A stretch of DNA of 64,000 nucleotides from Lingula anatina (Eukaryota; Animalia; Brachiopoda), in NCBI GenBank assembly GCA_051362555.1, contig CM120645.1, forward strand, positions 13,144,001-13,208,000, in the 5' to 3' direction. The position numbers and the translations under genes were made by a program. Below the pieces are notes generated by a model. It was not told the DNA's origin. It did no database searches and saw nothing but the letters and a program-made list of their open reading frames with translations. How positions within the stretch are numbered: the first letter of the stretch is position 1; the number at the start of each line of letters is the position of its first letter. Below, in pieces: positions 38,901 to 52,498 of this stretch.

Positions 38901-41900
38901 TGAGTTCAATCTTTGTGTTTTTTTCTCTCTTTCCTGTCCTGCACCTGCATGATCTTTGGCAAAGCACGAGTAGTTAGGTGTATCTTCAACATCTTTTTCT
39001 GAACAGTCACAGAAGAGTGTGCTGCACCTACAAATTTAAATATTAAAAACACTTGAAATATAATGCTAGAATTGGTATGGTACATAACATGACTGTACCT
39101 CTTCCCCCATATTTCATATACAAACTAGTACTAGTAGGTGTGTATTATATGATAATCTCCCCACCTTTTCTAAGTTAGGCAAAAGCCAATATCTTAACTT
39201 TAAAAGTGTGTGTCTTGTGTGCAGTAATTTATAGTGATTTATTTAAATTAGTTCTTACGTGTACACTTGACTATGAATTAGTTTTTTAGACAACTGTAAT
39301 GTACCACTAAATTCCACATCATTTAATCATTCCAACAACTCTATCACAGAATTTACTGGCCAGGATTCATACAGACACATAAGAACAATTGGCTTCCAAG
39401 GACTTTTAAGGCTCTAATTCAAATCATTTTCAATGATTTAAACTAATGAGGGCAAGTTATACATTAATACAATTATATTAAAGTGTACATACCAAAGGAA
39501 AAAGGACTCATTTCATTTAAACTTTGTCTTTGTAACACATTGATGATGAAAAGTTGAAAATAAAAGTACAAGTAATGATGTATTAAAAGGTATTACCCCA
39601 TCTGTGAATTATTGTCTGTTTTCATCTCAATAAACTACAAAGTTTTAAATAATATTTTTACAAAGACAAAATGCTGAAATGCAAACCTTTTTCAAGCCAA
39701 ATAGCATTTTCAAGTACTTTTCAAAGTTACATTTAAACTAGAGCCATTTAAACTAGTTACATTTAAACTAGTCCAAAGTGCTGGACTAAATTTGAACACT
39801 TTTCAAAGCTGTATGGATCCTGGTGCATCAGTAAATAATGGGAAAATACACAATTAAAAAGTCACTTACCAGTACATGCTCACTTCTTATCCTGTCTCTT
39901 TATCTCTTCATTTTCTAATTTCCAAAAAGATGTCTTCTTTTTATATCCAGAAATCAATGCTTTCAGCCGTAATTCTTGCCTCTTCCTTAGAACATTTCTG
40001 ACCTTCTGGCTTAGACTTTTGAATTGGCTCAACGGTCAGCGCGCTTAAGACTGTGCTATGTATAGTTATTTGACCTGTTTGAGCAGGCAGTAGGCAGACT
40101 GTTTATATCAAACTGACAGTTAAGATAAACACCTGGCTTGTAATGAATCTGGTCCAGTGAAAGTTACCAGTGTACTTTAATCAAAAGTCAATTGATGCTA
40201 ACTATAAAGTTTAAAATTTATATATTGTGCAATTGTACATTATAATAAGATTTCAATCATTTGTCTGATTTCAATAACAATAATAATAATAGCAATAATA
40301 ATAAATATTTTTCACAGCATTATTTAAAAATATAAATCTGTTCACTCAGTAATTTTTTTATAGGTGAAGTCTATGTACTATACACTATATCCATTCAGAA
40401 AAAAAGACAAAATGAAAAAAATATATATATATGAGAGTATATAGCTTGGAAGACAAATAAAAGTAGAACACTGTTTTTTAGCCCAAGGAATTTGACAAAC
40501 TCTTAATAAAAAAAAAAATTAATCCTAAAAACTATATGTTACTGATCAATAGATAAGCACATGTGATTCTCAGTTGTGAACAGAAACATTTTTATTATAA
40601 CAGAAACATCATTCATTTCTATTGAGTTGTTAATTAGATACGTTGGCCCAACGTTAGGCCAACGTATGCAACAAATATGCACACGTTGGCCCAACGTTGG
40701 GCCAACGTGAGCATATTGCAGTTATGTTGTGCATATTATGATGTGGTTGGGCCAACGTTGGGCCAACGTATTACTACCAACGCCAACCATGTGCCAACAA
40801 ACCAACGATTCCCCTACGTTGGCCCAACGTATGCTTGCTATCTGGGTAGAGGGTAGTGTATGGGTCAAATTTGTTGTGTCTCTCTTTTATCCAACACCAG
40901 ATTCTTATTGTGTCAGGTTTGTTAAAAAAACTCGACAGTGACTTTGTTTTCAATAATTGGCTCAGTTTTACCCAGATGGATTAATTTGTTAATACTATAA
41001 AAAATAAGGAAGCCTGTTTTAACTTTTAGCTAATAGTCATGCATTAAATGTTTTTATAACTAAAACGATGGAATATTTTCAGGTGCATATTGCTGATAAT
41101 TTATGAAATGCAATTGCAAATGTAGTATTAGTGCTTCGATCTAGCAGTTTGATACAATGTTTCTACCAATATGTTTCTATAGAGACAATTCATACATGCA
41201 GTGTTTGCCTGTTAGGAAAATAAGTTGCTGGACCGAAAGTCCAGCCATCTTGAAAAGTAGCTGGACTGAATGTCTGCCGGGTGGGAAAACTTCTCAGCCC
41301 GTTCTGAAAGTTGTCAGCCCCGGGCAAACGGTCCAGCCTTAATTTCTAACACTGCATACATGTGAGCTGTGTGGTAAACCACATGACATACATATATATA
41401 CTGGACAGTTTGATACATTGTTTCTACCAATATGTTTCCATAGAGACAGTTCATGTGTGAGCTGTGTGGTAAACCACATGACATCCTACTGGACAGTTTG
41501 CACAGTTTGATCCTACAGAAGACAGGAGGAAGTGAGGCAAGACTTCAGGCCATACAAGAGTGAGTGTTTTAGAGTATCAGCATCTTTCAAGTGAGGGGAA
41601 AAATTGACTGTCTTTGTCATTATATGTTTTCTCTATGTACAGATATTTACCACATCTCATAGTTTTATTGAATGCCATCTTTTTAAACATTAATCTTTAG
41701 TAACATAAGCACCCTGTCCCCAATTAGAAATGTTAAACTTTTTATAGATGATCCAACTTTTAACACAACTTTTAACACATTCATTTTCTACATAGCAGGT
41801 TCTTTACTCTTTCCATGAAGTTTGGTATTTAGAAGATTAATTGTTGTCAATTTTAGGCTGGGTCTCTTAGAAGATGAAGTTATCGATAAGAAGAACACTC

Positions 41901-42962
41901 CATTGGACACACTTTCCCACTACCTGGCTCAAAGGTTGAAATTTGGTAGGGATCCAAGTAAAATTCATCATATTATTATGTTATTAATTAGGTGTATTAA
42001 ATAAAGTAACAGCATACAAGTATCAGTAGAATCATTGCTATAAAATGTCTATAGCTGGAGAGGCTAAAACCCTTAATGCATGTTGTGTTTCTCCACGAAT
42101 CTAGGAGTACTATGATTGATTTAAGGCTGAAAAATGTTGATGGCACTGTTTAAGTCTGATGCGAGAAATGTGCCAAATGAAACAAGATATTGTTATGATT
42201 TTTAATGTCCTTGTCTTTAAAAGTGATAATTAACAAGTGTCAATCAATTTGACAACTAGGACAATACAGAATAATACTAACTACATTTCAGAACGAGGAG
42301 AAAGAGATGTCATCATAATGCGACATGATGTTGGAATAGAATGGCCAGATCTTACCAAGGAAGTCAAGCAAATAGACCTGGTTGTGTATGGAGATCCGGA
42401 GGGTTACACAGCAATGGCCAAGACAGTCGGCCTACCAACTGGAATTGCTGCTAGGATGATACTAGATGGTATAATCACAGTAGCAAACATAATTCTCAAC
42501 AGATTGAAAGATTATTCATTCAAGTGCCTAAAGCTTCCAAATGTGTCTGGTGCAAGCAAGGATCGAGTGCATTCACACAGTTCAACTTAGTTCTGTGTGT
42601 GAACATACTCAACATTGCTTAAAATGTACAATGATTTTGCACCAGTTAAATACAATCTGTGAACACAAACAAATAAATTTTACTTTGAAAACTCGGTATG
42701 CACTCATTTTCTTCAAGTTATATATGTTACACTCAGAATAAAATTTTACACATGATCTTGTATATGAAAGATGATGCTATTATTTACTACTTATTCTGTT
42801 TCAGGTGAAATCCAACAGAAGGGAATGCTCCGTCCCCTAAATGTGAGCATGTACAGACCAATGCTCAAGAGACTGCAACAGGAAGGTATTGTTGCCAGGG
42901 AAACCAGTAAAGTTGTCGACGGAGGAAGTATGAATGATCTGCTGGCTTCTAGCTTCTCTTAG
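29957..42962 (+). CDS. AASS: Alpha-aminoadipic semialdehyde synthase (bifunctional lysine-ketoglutarate reductase / saccharopine dehydrogenase), about 950 aa, 21 coding exons
   Basis: Exons: 29957-30184, 30549-30725, 31064-31216, 31606-31752, 32138-32216, 32531-32658, 33008-33282, 33702-33813, 34018-34077, 34221-34291, 34620-34747, 35037-35166, 35648-35758, 36078-36186, 36516-36656, 36970-37137, 37409-37504, 41444-41559, 41857-41945, 42292-42468, 42805-42962; 2853 nt. Motifs [75 protein letters not shown]; basic N-terminus compatible with a mitochondrial presequence. Confidence 0.95.
37640..40846. mobile_element. 3.2-kb non-autonomous TIR DNA transposon, CMC/EnSpm-like, in AASS intron 17
   Basis: TA|CCCAGATAGCATGCATACGTTGGGCCAACG ... 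CGTTGGCCCAACGTATGCTTGCTATCTGGG|TA; many subterminal ACGTTGG(G/C)CCAACG motifs at both ends; internal 129-bp tandem duplication (37801 vs 37930). Superfamily call is an inference. Confidence 0.75.
39361..39822. mobile_element. Degraded hAT-like MITE nested in the EnSpm-like element
   Basis: Termini CAGGATTCATACAG / CTGTATGGATCCTG (13 of 14 inverted match) and TTTTCAA subterminal repeats; no clear TSD. Confidence 0.5.
41145..41405 (+). pseudogene. Degenerate tandem duplicate of the acceptor and 5' half of AASS exon 18, interrupted by a MITE
   Basis: CAGTTTGATACA.TGTTTCTACCAATATGTTTC.ATAGAGACA.TTCAT and TGTGAGCTGTGTGGTAAACCACATGACAT occur here and again at 41406-41500. Confidence 0.8.
41199..41354. 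mobile_element. 156-bp hAT-like MITE with 8-bp TSD
   Basis: CATACATG flanks both sides (41191-41198 and 41355-41362); termini CAGTGTT / AACACTG. Confidence 0.75.
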
Positions 42963-45131
42963 ATATGACATCATTTAAGATTCTTCTCCTTGGAGATGAA
43001 TAAGACAGTTTTTTGGGTTTGGAAATGTAGCAAGACATTGAACTTTGAAAGGAGAATATAGAAGACCATTTTGTAGAGTTAGGTTCTACCAGCAATTTGT
43101 TTATTTTGTCTTTAATCATTAATTCATGATAACTATAAATGGAGAAGATGTTGAGATGTATTTCTAGCCCTCAAGTATATTTAGCTTTTGCAAGTTTCGC
43201 ACCTTTATATCTCTACCAGTTGAGCAAAGTTTACACATGGATATTAATATAACAAGAGAACAAGATCTGAGTAAACCTGTTGGTAGTTACATTTAAGAGT
43301 TAGCTTTATATTAAAAAAAATATCATTATTTTATGGTGGTGGCAGCTACATTTATGAGAGAAATCATTTGAAAAAGAAATCATAAAGAATTTGAATGAAA
43401 TTGTTGGCAGGTACATTTGTAATATCTCATTTAGGAACAAAAAATAATGGACAGCTATTAAGTTTGCTTATTTTAGTATTTTGTCCAGCAACCCCAGAAT
43501 GCAAGAAACACAAAATGTTACTAAATACAAAGTATAAAAAATTGTATCTCTATAAACAAAGATTTATGAGGCCAACGTAAATTTTACTTAATTTATTAAA
43601 CAATGGGTTTTTATTTGGTTTAAAAATGTATATTCTTATTATTAGAACACAACTTTTTATTTTACCATTTCTGAGACAACTTCCCAAAGTTTTTACATGT
43701 GTTAGCAAATGTGTTGGAGATCCACATTAAAATTCATCTCTTGCCTTTTTTCTATGATTTATATACATTAGCTTCTAGTCTCTCGAAAACACAGCTGCTT
43801 ATTTTAAATGAACACAATTAGAAAATAAGAATTTAAAAAATAGGCTTGTTTTAAGAGAACAAAGGATAAGTTAAGTTTATTGTAGAATAACATGTCTGTA
43901 AGGATATGTTCTAAAAGCCAAATAAGATTACCATTTTTAGAAAAGTACCATGACAGACTGTAAAAATAATGTTGTAAGCATATAAGGTAATAAACATATT
44001 ACAGAAAATGTTAGTATTATGGATATTGAACAGAGTGCTTTTAGAAAATGCTAGTCAGAGTTGGTTTTATTATTGTGTAAGGTTTTTCTTAAAAATATTG
44101 CAAAATACTTTTTTTAACAGATTAGAACCTTAATAAAAGTTTTGAGTTATTTGCAATGGTAAAATTATTGTACTTAAACTGCCCTTTTTTGCACTTTTAA
44201 TTTGCCTGTGGTCTTTATAAATGTTGAGCAGATAAGTAACAACTTCTAATAAATAATATTTTATATCGATAACTGATAACTTGATAAGTATTCCAGAAAT
44301 GTTACAAAAATAGCAAGCCTGTCATATTTTTAGAAAGATTTATTGATTTTTTTTCTTTTTTAGAATTTGAAGAATATTCATATGTGAATATCTGTATAAT
44401 ATATATATTTCTGAACAATTAGCAATTTAGTTGTGACTAAACAAATTGTGTATGATCTGTTGTTTTTCTTGTGATATTTCTCTGTTTACAGATAATCAAG
44501 TTTTCAATCCAAGACAATTGTAGACAACATTGTACATATTTGCAAAGATCTGAAAATGGCTCCTTTTTACAATCATTTACCATGCACCATTAGACAATAG
44601 GATATTCTTGTCCGATATTGCTTTAAATGTGACATAAATGTATTAATTACTTTGCTTTAACGAAGTACCTTGTTAATATTGTTATTATACTGCCCATATA
44701 ATACAATGCATACCGGTCACCATTTTTAGATACAATAAGTATAACATATCCAAGTATTGCACAACTGAGATAATTGCTGTTACAATTAACCTACTTGTTG
44801 CTTGATATTTTATTCTCGTCACCTATTATAATCTGATGTGATACTGCAAGGCAAGGATGTACTTAAAGCAATAAAGGAAGACTGTTTGAAATGAGTCAGA
44901 ATTTTATATTCTAGCAACAAAATTGTAAACCAGCTACCCAAATTTTATATTTTCTACAGTGAAAGCAGCAAAAATGCTATAAAGGTTATAAATTTTGATG
45001 ACTCCAAAATAATGTTTCTGAAAGACTGATAATTAATCCCCCCCCCCATTGAAAAGACCTAGTCATTGTTGTAACTTGTAATTGGTACACACAAATTTGT
45101 GTAAATTAATCTATTTAAACTCAAAATTTAT

Positions 45132-46986
45132 ACAAGGCAGCAAAGCTGTCAAATGTACAGACAAAAAGCAGACAATAACAATGCACAAAATAGGCTACTG
45201 TCAATTCTAATGCAAAAGTACGTTATGCTTAACTGCAAATTCAACATCAAATTTTAATTATGCTCAACAGGTAATACCAATGTAAGTAAAATGTGTAACA
45301 AGCGTAAGGCTTCAGGCCCATGGGAGTTCAAGTTCACACTTTGAAAATGCCAGAATGAGAAAAATGAAAATTTCACACAAAACTGCTTAAATTCAATAAA
45401 TAATGATAACCCAATTGAGCTGGCTTTCTTCTTTGAACTGCATGCCAATCCTAAAAATCATACTTGTAAGTTGAAAATAATAATAAGTAACACAGTTTTC
45501 TTTTCATAATGTTTGTAGTAGCAGTGCAAAAAGATTTTTGTCAATTTTGATGTAACATTACATAATAAATTACAGAAAAATTATCACTAATTTTTGATTA
45601 TTGACTATAAATAGCATGGACATGTAGAAAATTTGATTACCATTTGGCTTCATGTCCATGGGAGCTTCGAGTCATGTTGAATATGCCAACATGATAAAAA
45701 TGAATATTTCACTAAAATGTATAACTTCCAGAAAAAGAAGCAAATTAGACTGCTTTTCCAACTCAGGCTGCATTTTAGTCCCATGTTTCTTTCCTGCAAG
45801 TTTGAGAACAGTAAGTGACATGGTTTTACTTAAATAGTCATCATGGGAGCAGTGCCCAAAATAGGGGTTTCTTCAAATTTTGATGCAATATTGCATAATG
45901 CTTAACAGCATAATGACCATCATTTTTTAATTATAAAATATTAGTATCATGGATATTCAGAAAATGTGACTAGCAAAGGTCTTCAGGCCCATGGAACTTC
46001 AAAGTCACACCTTGAAAATGCCAAAATGTAAACAAGACAGCACTATTCTGAAATGGGTTTATTTCCATTTTTAACACTTTTTTAACATAAAACAAAATTA
46101 ACAGTTTACTGCCATTTTTATATGATCAACTACGAAAATTGATGAGATGTGAAAAATATCAATAGAACAGTGTCAAATGTCCAATTTCCTCCATTCTGAG
46201 TTTCTGAACATAGTGAATGATTGAATCTTACAAACTGCAATGATATGAGTTTATTTCCATTTTTGACACCTTATTACACAATACACGATTACAAGTTTAC
46301 CATCATTTTTAAGTAATCAACTAACAATGTTGTAAAGATGCAGGAAATGTCAAACAAACACTTTTACGTATCTTATTAATTAAATAATGAGACTGTTAAC
46401 ATGCCTAAGAATTGAATCTGAGGAAATGTGAAAAAACAGCATAACTTATAAAATAATGGTCCGATTATGCTGATTTTCGAACTTGACCTGCGTTTTAGTA
46501 AGATTGATTACTCCTGTGAGTTTCATGACAACAGGCCTATGGGTTTTCCTTGAAATGTGTTAACAGTGTTGCATATATGCTGAAAAGTGAAAAAACAGCA
46601 TAACTACTAAAATAGTGGCCCGATCATGCCGATTTTCGAACTTGATCTGCGTTTTAGTAAGATTGATTACTCCTGTGAGTTTCATGACAACAGGCCTATC
46701 AGTTTTCCTTGAAATGTGTTAACAGTGTTGCATATATGCTGAAAAGTGAAAAAACAGCATAAATTCTACAATAATGGCCCGATCATGCTGATTTTCAAAC
46801 TTGACCTGTGTTTTATGAATATTCATCAGCTCTGTAAATATAAAGCCAAAAAGTAAAACTGTCTTCCACTTATGGTGTTAACGCTGAAAGTGCACGGCTA
46901 CGGCGACGGCGACGGCGACATGATCGGCGACGACAGACGCAGGTGATGGCAATATGTACAGACACATCTGTGTCTGTACATAAAAA
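45132..46986 (-). mobile_element. HINE-like non-autonomous Helentron element, family 1, copy B (inverted)
   Basis: Reverse complement of copy A termini (ACAAGGCAGCAAAGCTGTCAAATGTACAGAC at 45132; TGTACAGACACATCTGTGTCTGTACATAAAAA at about 46955-46986), the (CGA/CGG)n microsatellite, about 159-bp units and a homologous body. Confidence 0.8.
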
Positions 46987-47109
46987 AGCTCAGTTATATT
47001 TACCTTTACCTGTGTGGGTATCAAAACAGTATCACTGGTATTTGATTACCATACAAAATTTCCCCTCAGTATGACCTAATCTATTTAGAGATCTTTAAAG
47101 TAAACCCTC

Positions 47110-50100
47110 TTAGTAATATATACACCTAATCTTATGTATAGGAATGCTGTTCATTTCCTCTGCATGCTCTCTCCTGTAGTCCCATAGAAAATGGTCAATT
47201 AAAATAGAGTTCACCGTGATGTCCCCGCAGGCCTCATCTGCCGCCATTAAATCCTGGATCTCCTGGTTTACCAGCTACAACAGAAAATGTGTACTACTAC
47301 TAATAACATATTGGAAGTAACCTGAGAAGTCTAGACAAATGATGATCATAATCATAATAATAGATATAAAAGATGATCCCATCTGGTAAAAAAATACATC
47401 ATGCTACCTTCGTAGTTACTTCAAGTGCAGACTCCAAATTCTCATACACAATGAGATTCAAGTATTCGATTAAAACATAATGACACACCATTAAGATACT
47501 ACATTCTCTATTATGCACCACCATGCCTGCTCTTATCCACTTTACAGTTGTCACCTTTAAAGCAGTATTTGCTCATCTTTTATCTGTAATAGGGTCATCA
47601 CACAACATTTCCCCATTAAATAATGTCTTTTCACCCCCATAAAACTCATTGCCAATTCTATATACTACTACCCATTTTAATACTTAAAAGTACAATGGAT
47701 GTGCACTGCTATTGCTTCCTTTTCATTTCATATCCCATAAAAAACGCAAGTTTTACAGGCAGGGTTATTGGAATTTGGTGTGCTCAATCAAGATCTTAAA
47801 AGAATATCAACTGTTCATTTTAGCCTCCCCCCCCCCCCCCCTCCAAAAAAAAAAAAAAAAAAAAAAAATTTTTTTTCCTGGGGTAAACAACAATTTTCCC
47901 ATACTTACCAATGGTTAATAAATTCATTACTACAATCAAAGTTAGTCCCTGTTTTTTTTTTTTTTTTTTTTTAAGTTTTTTTTAAATAATCTCTTAAGAG
48001 ATTATTACAGAGGAAGCCATCTATGTAGGTCACATGGTTGGATGACAAGCACAGATCTCAGAATAATTGCTATAAATGCCATTTTTGTGGTAACGAAAAT
48101 AGAATATATTATATTTCTATGAGTTGTTTACAATGTATTTATTGTGAAATATAGATTTCATACGAAGAATTGATATCCCTTTAATTATTACCTCTGTTGC
48201 CCAGATGGAACATCCTCTGATTTCGACTTCCAGCCTGTCACCGCTTCGGAATGTAGCATCACTCTTTAACATTTCCCACAATGCATCAGAGTATTCCAGC
48301 ACCCCAAAGTACACCAAAGCCTGGGGAATTCTGGATAAAAAGTAAAAAAAAAAAAAATTAATGCCTGTCCTCTAAGTTATATGCATATTACATATAAGGT
48401 AAATTCTCAACTTTTGAATTTAGCTGGCCATTTTGACTCTTTTAATTTTTTTCAACATTCAGAGAAACTGAAAAATGAGAAGACAAATGTATTAAATAAG
48501 GAATGATTATTATTATAGAGAGTAGCCATCAGTTTCACACACCATTCAGATTGAAAGTCACACTGGCTATGACTTTCCACTCAGATAATAATAATAAATA
48601 AATAAATAAAACAAAATTCAATTATTTAAAAGCATCTGCAAAGGAGGGCACATTTTACAAAAATGACTCACTATGGTAAAAGAAAGACATCTTGACCATA
48701 CTGAAACTAAAACTGAAGGTTATAACCCGTAAAACAAATAAATGCTGCAACAATAACAGCATCATCTACAGTTACTATACCTGTAATCAGCAAACATGGT
48801 AACTGTGTCTATATCATCAAACTTTCCCAATCCTTCCCCTAAACAGCATGCCCAAATATCAGCTATTAGGATCTGAACCCTTTTGTATATGCCGACTGAA
48901 AAAAAATTACAGTAAGATTCTTAAAAGTTCAGGGACAATATATATTCCGTTTTAATTATCCACATATTTTAAAGAGACATTAGAAATCAGAGTAAATGTC
49001 TTGTAACTTAAATTATTAGCACAAATTATTCTTACACAACTGAAAATATTGCAAATGCAAATGGGAAAAAATACATAACAAAACAAAATAAATAAATAAT
49101 AAAAATGAAAATTCTGGGGGCATTTCTTTTAATTAGACAATTTGAACAAAGGCAATTATTTGACATATTTAGCATTTTAACAAATATATTTTTAAAATTA
49201 AAATGTACTTGTTGTTAAGTCAACAGTAAGTGCCTGTACTGTATCCATCTTCCACAAAGAACTGATTCATGACATATACCAAACATTATTACGATGATGA
49301 CAGTGATGATGATGAAATTCTGAGGATTACTATTATAAACATATAAAACGCTACCTGTAGCCTTTATTATAGCACTGTTATCTATTATAAAAACACACCA
49401 CATCATTTACAGAAAGAGGAAGTCAAGAAAGAGGGGGTAGGGTTTCAGGATGCCCCTACGCATGTGAAATACATATCAATTATTGATACCTTTCTGTCCT
49501 TCAAATTCTACTTCGTCCCTGTATGAAGAAAAGTCCCTCACTACAAGTTTCAGCAACTCTTGTGCACTCTGGTTGGCTTGTTTGAGACACGTCACAAATG
49601 ATCCATTATATTTCTGGAAAAAATGTTTAATTTACCAAAAAAAAAAAAGGAAAAAAATGGCAGATTAGATAACATCATTTTTGACTCTAGGTGCCTGTAT
49701 TATCATTTACAAAATGTGTATGGCATAACTAAAAAACCACTTTACAAACTCTATGAGATGGGTCGGGACTAAAACTATGAGTACTGCCAGGTGGTACTAG
49801 TAACTGGAATATATAAAAATACCAAACTTGGTTATCTTTTTTTCCATTTCTTTTCTAAGCCAAAACGATTAAATGTTGCAGCATGAATTAACTTTCAACA
49901 GCTAAATTGAGGAAAAGGAATAATCATTTTTGTTCATCAGCAAGAATAAAAAACTCATCTTATTTACGTCAATGTTTCCCATATCAGTTTTTATGATTTA
50001 AAGCAAAACATTTCTATTCCCAATGTGAAAAGTATAGAAAGGGAGGGGGCTTTCACCTTCCAACCCCTCCTTGTTGATAATTACTAATTTAAAAGTAAAA

Positions 50101-50926
50101 CTATGTGAAGGATATAGTTGTTGTTGAACTTCAATTTGTTAATTTATGAAATTTTGTAAGTTTGAAGGGAAGAGGTGATTAAACAATTTTGTATATTAAA
50201 AAAGAAATGGATCACAGGGAAATCAACCACTCCTCTGGATCCACCAACAATTTAAATCATTAAAAGTATTTCATCATTATCAATACATACTTCAACCAAA
50301 ACCTTCCCCGCTTCATGCACCACACGAAGCCTTTCCTCCAACAGAGGCATTTGTTGTGCAGAGTCTGGACGCATTACATGCTTTAACTGGTCCATGGTCA
50401 TTTTGCTGTAGTAATTGGGATCGGTAATTGGTGTGCCTTCCTAAAAATTAAAAAGCACCATGTGTATTTCTATCTGATTCAGTTGTATTCACTCAATTCA
50501 TTAATTGCACTATCATAAACGTAATACAGTTGCATAATGAGCTCTTAAACAGATAGCTGTGAAATGCAGTCAATTTTTTCAAATTATTTTGAACACTAAG
50601 AATCATAATTTGCTCCTTCGGGCAAAATTAAAAAGAAAAGAATAGGTATACAACATCTCTGAGATATGCAAAATAATAATTCTCAGTCGTCTTATTTATG
50701 CTGGGACTACTTTCAGGTTTACGTCATTTCATGAAGAGACAGGGGGATCCAGATTTTCCTTCTTAATCACTGGTTACTCACGTCTATTGCTCTGTTGATG
50801 GCAGCACACAGGGACCAATATCCTGTGTACTCTTTGCCTTTATACCGAACCATGAATTTATTGTTCTCATCCTTGGACCAGAAAGAAAAGTTGAGAGTAT
50901 CACATAGGAAAATCCTAAAAGTAGAA

Positions 50927-50965
<39 letters not shown>

Positions 50966-52347
50966 ATGATTATGAATAAGAAATGAACACATTAGATGCA
51001 ATATTGTATAAATAAAGTCACAGTTTCTATTTGGATTTCTCTGCATTATAATTAACCCGCATTTGTTGGTAACATCTGAATAGCTGATTTTTTAGCAGCT
51101 AGTACAAGCAGAAAACAAAGAAATGATCATGGTAGTGAAATTGTAAATATGGGTATATGCTTATCCCTCCTGTTCTATCTTGACTGCTGACTTGACAATG
51201 TTGTGAAAAAGAAAAATATTTTTGGCTTTGTAAATTTTGTATTTCTGTTCACAATCCTGATTACATAAGTAAAAATATCTATCTCTCGGTCTAAGGGACA
51301 GCAGTACATGTAAATAATCTGCTATATATAGCTAGTGAGAATAGTAAAAGAATCTGTATAATTCTGATCATCATTCAAGTTTGCAAATAAAAGCTTTCAT
51401 AATTTGGAAAATTATAAATGAGGATTTTGCTCATGTTTTAATGTTTTATTTTAATAAAATAAAAGGCCTATAACTAAATACATAGTTTCAAGTAAGATTC
51501 AAATTTGTAATTCAGCAGTGGCCCAACAAAACCAAAAATGTACCAATTTATAGCTTTCTCATCTGATGTCTTAGGATTCAGGGTGTGATCTCGCCAACTG
51601 CCAATAAAGAATTCCCTCTTCTTTGCTTTTTCCAGCAGCTGAAATAATCAAATTTGACAGTATTAGAACTATAACAAAAATTCCTTGGTACATATGTATG
51701 TTCTAGAGATTCAATTACAAAAAACTTATAAATTTCCCACTAAATTTTGCAGCTGAGCCAGTGTGTATATGTGGGGTATATCTCTTCCATCCTGATTCCA
51801 ACACACTATAGGAGCCCATTCCCATAGACACCTTCAGTCTATATGTAGTCTGATCCATTTCTGCAGGGACTCTTGCTGAGTGCAATCTGCTAAACTGAAT
51901 GACACGCCTTGTCTCATTTCTGTATTCTATTTAGTGCCAAGAGCTAGGAGGTGTGATAATCTACTAAACTGCATTCAGCAAGAGTCCCCCGAGAGTTTGA
52001 ATGACCTTCACAGAATGAAGATGTCTTTGGGAATAGAGCCTATAGGATATGACTGCATGACGTCACAAACCTAGGGTACATATATACCTTAAATTCATGC
52101 AGAGGCCCGCTGAGTATATATTGACCTCAATTCTGTGAGAAAATTAGACAGAACAAAAATATGGTGCACAGAATAAACCACAGAAATATATATGAATATC
52201 TTTGACACAGGCATAAGAGAAGATCGAGAGCCAACCCCTCACCATGGCTGCCAGCTTCTTCACCCCCTCCGTACTGATGCTGACATCTTTGCTGTGTTGG
52301 GCTATCAGTTTCCCTCCAGCTCTTGGTAACAAGACAGCCTTAGACAT
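47110..52347 (-). CDS. QNG1: Queuosine 5'-phosphate N-glycosylase/hydrolase (queuosine salvage protein, C9orf64/DUF2419 family), 341 aa, 8 coding exons
   Basis: Exons (- strand): 52243-52347, 51544-51638, 50782-50914, 50291-50440, 49490-49613, 48781-48895, 48192-48330, 47110-47274; 1026 nt. Motifs [86 protein letters not shown]. Confidence 0.93.
47870..48180. mobile_element. Kolobok-like MITE, copy lacking its left end
   Basis: Aligns with 55790-56093 (CCATACTTACCAATGGTTA, AAAGTTAGTCCCTG, AGGTCAC.TGGT, ATCCCT|TTAA). Confidence 0.65.
50926..50966. repeat. (AAAT)n microsatellite
   Basis: About 10 tandem AAAT units. Confidence 0.9.
51812..52040. mobile_element. MITE (CCCATTCCCA termini), copy 1
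   Basis: Inverted arms GGGACTCTTGCTGAGTGCA / TGCATTCAGCAAGAGTCCC; homologous in opposite orientation to 54716-54968. Confidence 0.6.
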
Positions 52348-52498
52348 AACTATACTATGCTGTTTGTAAAATTCTGAAATAATAATAAAAAAATAAATTT
52401 TTATTCTGTGTGCGAATGCTTAAGTAGACACTGTCAAATGTCTAACAAATACTTACTCAATTTAAATGATCAAGCGAGATAAAAGGCACTTCACTTAG

